Source: Chrysomallon squamiferum (taxonomy: Eukaryota > Animalia > Mollusca). Taken from it: a stretch of DNA of 64,000 bases. The stretch is from the NCBI GenBank assembly GCA_012295275.1, contig CM022673.1, forward strand, positions 4,588,001-4,652,000. Direction: 5' to 3'. A model generated the notes under the pieces. It was not told where the DNA came from. It did no database searches and saw only the letters and a program-made list of their open reading frames with translations. The position numbers were made by a program, and so were the translations under genes. This document shows positions 29,247 to 41,226 of this stretch, piece by piece. The first letter of the stretch is position 1. Each line of letters begins with the position of its first letter.

Positions 29247-30153
29247 GTATGAACACATCATGTACAGACACATACAATTCAAACCCAGGTATGAACACAT
29301 CATGTACAGACACATTCAATTCAAACCCAGGTATGAACACATCATGTACAGACACAAACAATTCAAACCCAGGTATGAACACATCATGTACAGACACATA
29401 CAATTCAAACTGAGGAATGAACACATCATGTACAAACACATACAATTCAAACTGAGGAATGAACACAGTCATGTACAGACACATACAATTCAAACCCAGG
29501 TATGAACACATCATGTACAGACACATACAATTCAAACCCAGGTATGAACACAGTCATGTACAGACACATACAATTCAAACTGAGGAATGAACACAGTCAT
29601 GTACAGACACATACAGTTCAAACCCAGGTATGAACACAGTCACGTACAGACAGGTGTGAATACATCATGTACAAACACATACAATTCAAACTGAGGGATG
29701 AACACAGTCATGTACAGACACATACAATTCAAACCCAGGTATGAACAGTCATGTACAGACACATACAATTCAAACCCAGGTATGAACACAGTCATGTACA
29801 GACACATACAATTCAAACTGAGGAATGAACACAGTCATGTACAGACACATACAGTTCAAACCCAGGTATGAACACAGTCATGTACAGACACATACAATTC
29901 AAACTGAGGAATGAACACAGTCATGTACAGACACATACAGTTCAAACCCAGGTATGAACACAGTCATGTACAGACAGGTGTGAATACATCATGTACAAAC
30001 ACATACAATTCAAACTGAGGAATGAACACAGTCATGTACAGACACATACAGTTCAAACCCAGGTATGAACACATCATGTACAGGCACATACAATTCAAAC
30101 CCAGGTATGAATACAGTCATGTACAGACACATACAATTCAAACTGAGGAATGA
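29243..30153 (+). repeat. Minisatellite, 42-43 bp unit, ~22 copies, starting at the TM-exon splice donor
   Basis: Unit CCAGGTATGAACACA(G)TCATGTACAGACACATACAATTCAAAC, with TGAGGAATGA- and CAGGTGTGA-headed variants. Confidence 0.97.
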
Positions 30154-30240
30154 GACAAGTATCTTCTTGAATGAGAAATGGATAAGATGCACTTCTTCCA
30201 AAATTATGATTTGTTCATGAATAAACTACTCATACCCTCA

Positions 30241-30277
<37 letters not shown>

Positions 30278-31201
30278 TGGAGTAAGACATTCATGAATAA
30301 GAGTTGTTCATCGATAAGACACATACATAAACAAAACATGTTCACAAATCTGATTTATTTATGAGGGAAACAGTACTGAAAAAAAAAGAACACTTTGTAA
30401 ACCTGATACTTTCTCTGAAAAGGATATGTTTATGAATAGGATATATACTAATGATAGGCAGATAATGATGAATAAAGTCACTAAAAACAAACTGTATGTG
30501 AATAGTTTTAAACAGTGTAAACAAAGTAATCAATGAAACATTTTTTAAATTAGAAACATTTATATTCCTGTTGATTTTTAAAACAAAACGTATTTGTTTA
30601 AATTTGATTTATCTGGTTTAAAATGTTTGCAGTATAATCTACTTATTTTTATTTATTTATTTATTATTATTGTTTTTTTGTGTGTGTTTCTTGTTTTTTG
30701 TTTGGATTTTTTGTTGGTGCATTTTATCCTTTTTTTTTCAAATGTTATTCATTATTTTTGTTACCAACTTTCTGCTATTTTGTTTTTTGGTAGGATGTTT
30801 TCTTTAAATAGTTTAACCCATGTTGAAAATATTAACTTTCATTTTATTTATTTATAATGTAGATACATAGTGAGATAGGTAGAAGCAGATAAAAGACTAG
30901 TAAGCAGATAGATAGATGTAGATATTGACTGATAGACAGATATTTAGACAGAACGATAGAATGCTAGACTGATAGAGAAACAGACAGATAGATATTTTGT
31001 CAGAAAAGAATATATATCGACAGAGCAAAGATGCAAAAAAGTGAGATACGGCAAAAGAAACAGACATAACGAAAGTCAGATAGTTTGTATATTGACAGTC
31101 CGACAGTGGTTTTTTTTTAAGAAACTGAAAGAATAAGGATCGCTGTGTAAATGTGAATCGTTGAGCGGCAGTTGTTTAACGAAGACAAATTCGTGTTTCA
31201 G

Positions 31202-31332
31202 GATCTTTGTCGCCAGCGTATGCAGAGCAAGTCTTCTGAGAAACCTGAACCACTGCATGCCGTGTCTCGCGTGAGCAGCGTCGGTGAGCCCAACGTCCGC
31301 AGCCCGTCAAGCCGAAGTAGCACGTCATCCTG
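31202..31332 (+). CDS. PTPRN: IA-2/PTPRN juxtamembrane exon (DLCRQRMQSKSSEKPEPLHAVSRVSSVGEPNVRSPSSRSSTSS-W)
   Basis: gtttcag| and TG|gtaaga; 131 nt; DLCRQ, SRVSSV and SPSS.SST.SW motifs typical of IA-2. Absent from the ORF track. Confidence 0.94.
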
Positions 31333-31409
31333 GTAAGACATTTAAAAAAAAAAATTTAATTTTTTTTTTTTATAGACAGATTTTAAAATTTCTAAAAAAA
31401 TTATATATA

Positions 31410-31450
<41 letters not shown>

Positions 31451-32503
31451 AAGATCTTAAAATTACAAATAATATTAATGTTATATAGATGACCTTGAAA
31501 ATAAAGGGCGAGATCATGTATTTGCGTTTTTAAAAGTGTTAATTAAATAGCAAATATAAATGAATATGTAAATGATGTGAGATTGAAGACGATGTGGAAG
31601 AAAGATGTTAGTAAAAGAGGTAATATTTATAATGGAGGTTTTTAAACGTTGTGTATGAAGATGATAAAGAAGAATGGTGATAAATAAATAAGGGTTCAGG
31701 TGTACGTTTGTTTATGTAAATGTATCTATGTCTTGATGTGCATATGTATGTATGTCTGTGTGTGTGTGTGTGTGTGTGTGAATGGAATTAAAAATTTAAA
31801 TATAAATAGCATATTAAAATTATACAGCTTCAGACTGGAGGGAAAGTAAGTAGACATTAAACTATATTTATTAAAACTTTACAAGCATTACAAATAAAAA
31901 TGGTGAATAAAAAGATTAAACAGTTAATAATGAGACTTTAATGATTTTTTCAATTAAAAATGAAGTCTTAAAATGAAACTGATAAACAACAAAGTATCAA
32001 ATGTGTGATTTAAAACTAACAAAAGTATATTGTTTTTAAAATAAAAGACACAAGGAAAAAACCAACAAAAAAACCCCCATTGAATTAAAATGTTGTAAAA
32101 ACTGTCAATAAATTAAATTTTCTTTTTTTTAAATATTTAAAATAATAGTAGCTTTAAAATGACTATCTTTCAGTAAATAATTAAGTACATATACAAATAA
32201 ATTTAGTGTGATATATTCTCAAAATGAAGGAATATCCAGTTTACTATTTTTCAGTGCTTTTTTTTACTAACATTTACCAGTTTTTATCCTAATTTCTGTA
32301 TTGTTCTTAGCCTTTTTCTTACTGAAGATTGCTGTGGTTGGCAACTAGGTGACCAATTTTGTGTCACTTTTCAATATTTATTCCTGTCACAGATTTTAAA
32401 TAACAAAACAAATGTGGTTTTTTTGTTTTATTCACATTTGTACATTTTAATAATAAAGCAGTATGTCATCAAATTTTAATAATGAGTTTGCTGCACATCA
32501 TAC

Positions 32504-32970
32504 AGTAAATGTAAAAATGAAGACTGTAAATGTAAAAACATTATTGTGATTTTGCCTTTGATCTAAAACACAGAGTAAATGTTAAAAAGCAGACTGTAAA
32601 TGTAAAAATGCAGAAAATAAATGTACAAAATACAGACCATAAATGTCAAAACACAAATTGTAAATGTCAAAATGCACTGTTAATGTAAAAACACAAATTG
32701 TAAATGTCAAAATGCAGACATAAATGTAAAAATACAAACAGCAATTGTGAAAATGTAAAAAGACAGACAGTAGATACAAAATGAGACTGTAAATGTCAAA
32801 AGGCACATTGTAAAATGTAAAAAGACAGACAGTAGATACAAAATGAGACTGTAAATGTCAAAAGGCACATTGTAAAATGTAAAAAGACAGACAGTAGATA
32901 CAAAATGAGACTGTAAATGTCAAAAGGCACATTGTAAAATGTAAAAAGAAAGACTGTAAATGTAAAAACA
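32504..32970 (+). repeat. Tandem array of ~21-bp TGTAAATGT(A/C)AAAA monomers with a 62-bp higher-order unit x3
   Basis: ATTGTAAAATGTAAAAAGACAGACAGTAGATACAAAATGAGACTGTAAATGTCAAAAGGCAC recurs at 62-bp spacing (~32745, 32807, 32869, partial 32931). Confidence 0.9.
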
Positions 32971-35185
32971 TCACTGTGACTGCCAAAAAAAAAGAGGTAA
33001 AAACTGGGTTGAGGAAAAGTTAAAATTGGCAACTCCGGCAGCAAATGATTTTTCTTTTTTCTTAAGCATTCCATTGCAGAAAAAGCAATTTCTCCATCTT
33101 AAGAAGACCATTATTCAAACTTCAATCACAATTAAAAATTGACCATGGCATATTTTATTGAAAAAAGGACTAGAACTTTGCCATTAGTCATAACGGAGCA
33201 TTTAATAATTATTAAAAACTGCCTGCTGAGATTAAATAGTGAAGCCGTTTATTCAGTTCATGGCAAACCCTCTAATGGCTTCATGGGATAGTCTGCTCTC
33301 AGAGTTTTCAAACAGAAAAGGAAAAAAAAAAAAAAAAAAAAAATTGATTTGTGGAACTATTATCTTGAGCATATTGCATGGTTCATTGACAGTCATTTAA
33401 CTGGAAGAGAATATTTAATAGTTCCAGAAATAAGGTCATCTTTGCTGGGGATGTTTGATCCGCAACATAAATTCATAAAGCTTGGAGCTTGGCATGTGAC
33501 AGATGCAGATATTGACCAATTCCATTTTCATTTTTATTTTTCAATCTTTTCTTTTCTTTTTCTTTTTTTTTTTTTTTGAAATGGGGAAAGAATGAATAAA
33601 ATTATTTGTCATTTTTACTATGAAATACTATGAATTTAGAAATGGATTAATTCATTATTATTATATATATATAAATACATAAAGAGTTAGCGTAATGCTG
33701 AAATATGATTGGTGATTTTGTAAATAGAAAAATAAGAAAGGTTACCATTTTGCAAAGAACTGGAAAAAAAACAAAGCAAAAATCTGAAAATATATTATAG
33801 TTTTGAGGTATATTTTATAACAGATATTTCCTAACTTAGTAAGGTAGTGGTCAAATGGGATTGTCTTAATTTGTTTCATCATTCGGCTTGTTTGTTCATT
33901 TGATATTTAGGCCACTAACCACGAATCTCCACTACAGCAATTTTGATGTCACTTCCTTTTCAGACAATCACACCAATTTCTCAGTCATATTCTTCTTCTT
34001 TTACTGAAAATTTATTTTAATTGTTTTTTTGTTGTTTTTTTTGGTTTATGAAACTTCTGACATATGACACATCATAAGGTGATATTTTTAGTCATCTTGG
34101 ACCGGAATATCAATTTTGCCAAAATTCATTTTAACAATTTGAAATTTAAAAAAAAAAAAATTCGGGTTACAATACTTCTTCTTACATACAACACATCACA
34201 AGGTGAAACTGGTGGACATCTTGGACTGGAAGATGGCCAGACCTGGTCATTGACTATGTTAAGTAGTGACCACTGTTCTGTAATACTGATAAATATGTGC
34301 CACACTGTTTGGTGACCTGATAAAAGAAAGCTATTGATTGGCTACTCAGTAGGAAGAAGTCTATTATCCACAAGTGTCTTATCTGTCATGGGCACGTCAG
34401 ATTCACAAGAATATTATTTGTTAAACAGGACTTTGTATTTGTGAACGACACTAAGCATGACAAATCTTGTCTGAGCTCGATTCTTTTATTCACAGAGGGT
34501 GACAAAAAAAGCTGCTATTTTTAGTTAAAAACATATTTCAAAAGATAAATTTTTCGATGCAAGGAACAGAGGGCATTAAGAAAACATTAAAATGCTGTTG
34601 TCGTGTTTTTAGTATATATACATTTTTTTTTATGTTCCTTGGTTGCTAGTAAATTTGACAGTAAACATTTGGAACATTAATTTGTTAAGCATTTTTTTTT
34701 AAGCTTAGGGAATTCAAATGATTTGGAGGGGTTTTTAAATAAAGCATTATTGGCTGTTGTTGCTTTTTAAATACATTTACATATAAGCAAGAGTGGCTAA
34801 AAATGTATTAAAGTGTTTTTTTATTCTTTGTATTCTGGAGTACAGATCTGCAATTTTTTTTGTTCTGGGTATGTTCAGTCCATCAATAAATTATTCTCCA
34901 TTGAATGTAGACTTAGCATTTTATTAATCAGAATAAATGATGAACAGTTATTAAAAAACACAATCATTTTAAAAGTGCATTTTCTAAGGCCAGATTTAGT
35001 ATAATAATTTTAGTAAGTAGTTCCATTTACTGATTACTTCCCAGTACACATATGTTGTTACCATTGTGCACCAGTTAATTAACAGATATTGGAAAATATT
35101 TAAGTAAACCACAATGTACATATAAACATTAAAACATATACACAATACAAATAGTAATATACAACAATTCATTTGTAGCACATGA

Positions 35186-35237
<52 letters not shown>

Positions 35238-35768
35238 ACACATGTACCCATTTACCTACCTACCATCCTAAATACTTATATGTATATACAACCATGCATA
35301 TATAAACCACCATCTCACATATACACACTCATAAAAAAAAAAAAAAAAAAAAAATGTTTAAAATGTAATATACATGCAAAACACTCTACTGGGATATTTC
35401 TGAAATCAAAGAGATGGGGGGGGGAATTCTTATTATCTGTTAAAATTTTAGATTGCCAAGACTGCTGCAGGAATAAATAAAGGATTCAGTGACTTAGATG
35501 TGTTGTTTCTTCGGTGCATATGAATTTGTGTAGATAGCTGTAAATCGATACACACTGACAGGCCTGTTACTTAGTATGAAATCTGATTATGTGCTCAGAA
35601 CTATAATCTGTTCCATAAAAACTGTTGTCGTCATTTTTCAGCTGGCTTGGTACTAAAGAACTGGGTGGGTGGGTGGAGGATTGTGGTTTAGTCCTAATAC
35701 TGGTTTAGTTTCAATATGGCTGTTCATCTTAACTTTCTTTGTTCTTTTGTTACATTTTCTAGTTGTGC

Positions 35769-35770
<2 letters not shown>

Positions 35771-35833
<63 letters not shown>
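35771..35833. repeat. (CA)n microsatellite, representative of many (e.g. 3510, 4857, 30245, 35195, 47610, 61866)
   Basis: Seen directly. Confidence 0.95.
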
Positions 35834-35837
<4 letters not shown>

Positions 35838-38800
35838 ACAGACACACCATGTGTGCATGTGTTTTAGGAGGCATTTTGTTTTTTGATCTAGTATTATACA
35901 GTTTGCAAATATATCACAATTAGCATTTATTATTTACTATTTTTAAACATTAAAAATTGTTTGGAATTATCTGGATATTTGAATTAGTGGACTTTTATTA
36001 TAAACAAATATACATACTTTGTTTGGACAGTAGTTTGATAAACAAGAATTCATTAAGCAAACAAATATCTGATTTGATTATTCCAACTGTAACATCTTTT
36101 ATAAAAAAAATATTTAAAAATGCCAAGTCTAAACATATTTTTTATACTAGTACGATTGTCATATTTAAGAACATATGAGTAATTTTAGAACTGGCTTCTT
36201 ATGTCATTGATACGTTGTTTGCATGTATATTATGTAAACATGCAAATTCATTTATTTTGTAAACACATTGATGGATTTTCTTTTTACATTGTACTTAATT
36301 CCCAACAAATCTGACTTCTTAAATCAATGCCGTAATGTTGATGAACACATCTATATTTTATGGAGATGTGTTTTATTTTTTAATTAAATTTTTTGTCTTT
36401 CAATTTATAGAACTCAAAGTTCTAGCAGCCATGCCAAAAATAGCTAAAATATGCAAGATGGAAGTCTGCTTGTCCTTGTTCGTTCTCCCAAACAACATTA
36501 ATACCATGTCTGTTCATCTCACAAGCCGTCACAAACCCCTTCATTTCCTAGTGTGCTTGACAAGCACCGGGTAAGAAATTCAATTTTCTTCTAAATCATC
36601 TATTACCATTCTGGTCCTGGCTCTGCTTTGGCAGACTTGTGCCGACCTCTTTCTGAAAACTGGCAGCTGATTTCCCCAATTCATAATCCCCTCACTACTA
36701 AGAGTGTGGCCACCCTGAGGACCTAATTTACTCCAGCAATTAAACCGAGTGAAACACATTCGGAGATCTGCTAATCCCACTGTGACAGGTTGAAAGCAGC
36801 AGTGACCAGCCTCTGACAGAACTCTGTGACTCAGAACAAGACAAAATAGCAATTATGGGAGACAATTAGAATGAAAAACACTCGTGTAGATATAACCTGT
36901 GGTCAAACAAACAAAGTCTCAGCAAAATCTGTGGATGTGGAAATGGTTCAAAGCATGTTGAAAGTCTTCTCTTAATGATGGTTTATTTCGCTTTCAAAAG
37001 ACTTCCTCAAGTTTTATGCATTCAGTTCCATTACAAGTTACCCCAAGAAATCCAAGTTATAGCTCATTTATGTCAGGAGTTTTAATGTTGTGTTGTAAAC
37101 TGTGCTTAGAAAATGTTTAAGATGTCACAAAATTCACAACACATGACAAGTACAATGCAGATTTATATGAAAATCAGCTTTTGATACAGAGAAATATTAT
37201 TATTGTGCTGGTGTTAAGACAAAAACAGCTAGATTAAAAAAAAATAATAATAATAAAAATAATAACAACAACAACAACAACAATAAACCAAGTCATTTTG
37301 AATTTTCTTGAACCCTGAGGCAGTATTGGCTACTATGTAGTCAAACATAGTATTTTTGTTATACACACCAAAAATTAAAAATAATACTCCAAGTTAATTT
37401 AACACTATCTAACCATAATGTTAAACATATTCAGACTTTTATTGTTGAAAAACTGTTTATAAGATTAAAAATTAAGGTATTTCTAAACACCAGCATTCTA
37501 TCCTTTCAATCAGTAGCAAGATATCTTTCAAAAATCATTATTGCAGGACTAGGTGACCCAAGACACGTCAGAAAAAAAATCTTTGATGAGAAGATTTACT
37601 GCATTCTAAAGAAAATCCATTGTTATTTTCTTACAATTCAGATACAATAATACCCTGATGCAAGGTGTAAAAATAGCACAAATTCAGATTTGGTAACTTG
37701 GCTCTTTTTTTCAAAACCTTTAGCTATTTTCATGTTCTAATTAACTCTCTGTAACAAGACTATATATATTATATATTTAAATGTGTTTTTTTTTTTGCTT
37801 TATTGTGTTCCAACATTATTGTGTTCTAGGACAATTCAGCTAAGAACTGGACTGGAAAATAGGTAACTTCTGTGTTAACAAGTTTATATTACCTCAAAAT
37901 GAATTGAATTAGTATAGATTTAATCTGTTACCAATTCTGCCAACGTGTTGGAAAGGGGTTTCAAGCATGTACCATTTCTAAATATACACAAATTTAATTT
38001 TTAATGAAGGTGTATAGATCTAAATATTGTCGGATCTGATTCTTATGGATCACAGGTTCTCGGTTATTTTTTGTTTAAAATAATCTACTTTGTAGGTATT
38101 TGCTTTTGAATTTGGTGTAACCATCTACTTAATGCGTTCCATTTTGAAGAAGATTAGCAAGAAACCTTTCTACTTGCACATCAGTCTTGTCAGAGTTGTT
38201 TCATTTGCACAAATTAACTTTATGTGAAAGGTTTTTTTTTCATGGACTGTAATTTTGCCGCATTTTCTAATTTCCCTCACAAATTAAGGTTCCCTAAGGA
38301 ATGGTTAATGTACAAACTTAACTCAATGCATTACGACAAAGCTGGTGTTGAAAAATTGTTCCGAGGGCACCTTATACTAGAGAGTTTGTCTGTGGGAAAT
38401 GCTTTCATGTGTGCCATGTGAAGCAAAGTGAGGTTTAATTCATACATATTTATCTGCAGCTTGGAATCAATAGCTCACACAATCCAGACCCATCCGGAGG
38501 GAAAGGAGAAAAACACATATTTTTACCATCTCCACTCACATTAAATTACTATCACTGTCGCAAGCTTTCACCACAGGAGATAAAAAAATACTTTTTATCA
38601 TTTCGTCCTAATGTTAAGAGTGAATTCGAATCAACACTGGAGCGAGGGATAAAATAAGGAGAGTTTCCTTTCTAAACACATTTTTATACGTTTTATTATT
38701 CAGACTGATTGGATTGAGATTTTTTACCTTCAGAGACAAGCAAACAGCCCATTTACCAATAGAATAGAATTTTCACTGGAGGATCATAAAATGTTTACTA

Positions 38801-41185
38801 AAAATGTGTTAAGGTTTTTGATAACAAATGATATTTTACCCAAACAATGTAAGCATACAGGCTTAATACTTAATAAATGAAATGTTTGGTCTAGAAAGTG
38901 TTAAATATCCCAATCCAAATACTGAATATTTGTGTATTTGCTTTGTTCATTTATAGATTTTTTTCAAACATTTATTTATTTACTGAATGTAATTTCATTT
39001 ACTATATCTGATACTTTTGGTAACTGAATGTTTTGCGGGCACTAATAAAAATTAATTTATTCTTTTGTAAAAAAAAAAAAAAAGACATTCTGATATTTTT
39101 GTTAAAATGAAACTTAATTCATACTCTGAAGTCTGTTTTAAACAAAAGACAAAACAGCTTTAGTAATGTCTGGATTGTCTAGGTGAAGTATTTTCAATAG
39201 ATTTAATGTATTCATTCTCTACACCTTTTATGCATTCATTTCCACAAAGGTTATAGAAATGATGCACTACAGAACAATTAAGAATAAAAACACTTCTTGT
39301 AACAGTATGTTTTGTCCTGATCTGGAACATTTAATTCACAGTAAAATCTGAATAGATGCCATACAAAAAAAGGATTAGGTTGTGATTGTTTGAAATATTA
39401 ATATATTTCTTTCTGTTAATTATTTTGTGCCAGATTTAGATAATTGTGTATAATGTTATCTGATGCAGGTAACAGGTCTTTTCAAACGAAACATTTTTGT
39501 TATCTCTTCTGTGAACACATTAAATAATTTAAAGACATTTCTAAACCAATGCAATACAGCAACAAAGCATTTCTATTGCTGTTACTAAAATATAAAGCAA
39601 GGGTTTACTTTGCTTATTAATATCTCATACAAACATTTTTTTTTCTCTGGGTTATCAAAATAACAAAAACAAAAGCACCTGAAAGTATTTCACTGAAATG
39701 AAAGCATACACTGTGATGAACAGTAAGATTTAAACTGATATATGAGCCAGCCATGTTAGTTATCTGCAGTAAAGCAGAACGAATAAAAAGAGAGATAACA
39801 GAACAAACAAGGTTTGTCTGGGCAATAATGAAAGATCTTCCAGAAATACTTTGTAATTACAGCATGTCATATTTAATCTATGGTTTCGCCTGCATCAAAA
39901 ATACCACCACCATAATCGAACTCACCATTATAATCTTTTGTTTTTCTTCTTCCAGTATCAGTACGGTATAATACACAACAAGTTCTACTGTATAAATGCA
40001 CATCAGTACAAGTTATTTTTATGTATTTATATAAATATATCAAATATATAAATACTGATTGCAGACTAGATTTCTTATAATTGATGAAAACATTTTGTCA
40101 GTATATACATATAATGATTGATATATATATATAATGTGACTACCTTGTAATTAAATTTTCAACTAGTTCTAAAACATTTTCCACCTTAAAAAATATTGAT
40201 AAAAAAGAATCTTTCAAGTATATAAATAATTTAAAGTAAACTCTATATGTTTAGCAAATTTTAAACTGTATAACCACACAAACAACAGTTGCTTAATAAA
40301 AGTCTAATTACAGAAGTTCATTTCTTGAAAACCACAGTAATTAAAAAAAAAGAAAAACTGGAAAAAAAAAAAATAATAATAATAATTAAAAATAAATAAA
40401 TAAATAACTTTCTGAAAATTAGGCAGTTTGCTGCCTGAAACAACAGACTGAACAGTTTTGGTTTATTTTTAACATTACAGAAACACACTAGGCCTGTCCA
40501 AAGTGGCTGCAATGTTAAAAAAGTGGTGACATTGACTGTCATGTGTTAATGAATGAATGAATGTTTAATGGCACTCCAGCAAGCTGAAATTTTTTTTTTC
40601 AACTGTTTGTCCAGACAGGTGGTCAACATTTTTGAAATGATGTCCATTAGGAGTATTCAAACCTTCTTTGATTTCATTATGAAAAATGATCAAAAGAGAG
40701 AGTAAACAAGAAGAAAAATAATGATTTTAAATATTTGATCACTGTATTATTAACTTACTGAATATGTCATTTGGGATAATATCCCCTGATCATGCAGATT
40801 ATTATTAATAATCTAAGGTGGGTAGAGTTACATATGTCAAAGGAAGGAGGTGATTTTGAAGATGAATTAAAGAAAATAAGACATCAGTAAAACGGAACAT
40901 ATGCACAGACATGATAAAAAATAATAATAAAAAATCTCAAATATAAACAAATTCAGCTGGATAAAAATGTTGATTCATTTTATTATTTTTATTACATGAA
41001 AACCATTATTTTTAAAATCCCTATCTAAAATAATATTCAACAATGTTAAAAATAATGACAGATCACTGAAGCAATCAAAATTAGTTTACAAAAAAATAAA
41101 TTATACTTTATAGTAAATATTTGCGATCGAAATAGTTTTATTATATTTGTATGGATGAATTAATTGATAAATCGTATGTATGTAC

Positions 41186-41226
<41 letters not shown>

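Noticed and set aside
29113-29535. ORFs with repeated PRYEHIMYRHIQFK / VHDVFIPGFELY peptides
   Set aside because: Translations of the 42-bp minisatellite, out of frame with or antisense to the real exon.
29243-30153. CRISPR-like regular array
   Set aside because: Head-to-tail repeats with no unique spacers, no cas genes, and located in a eukaryotic intron.
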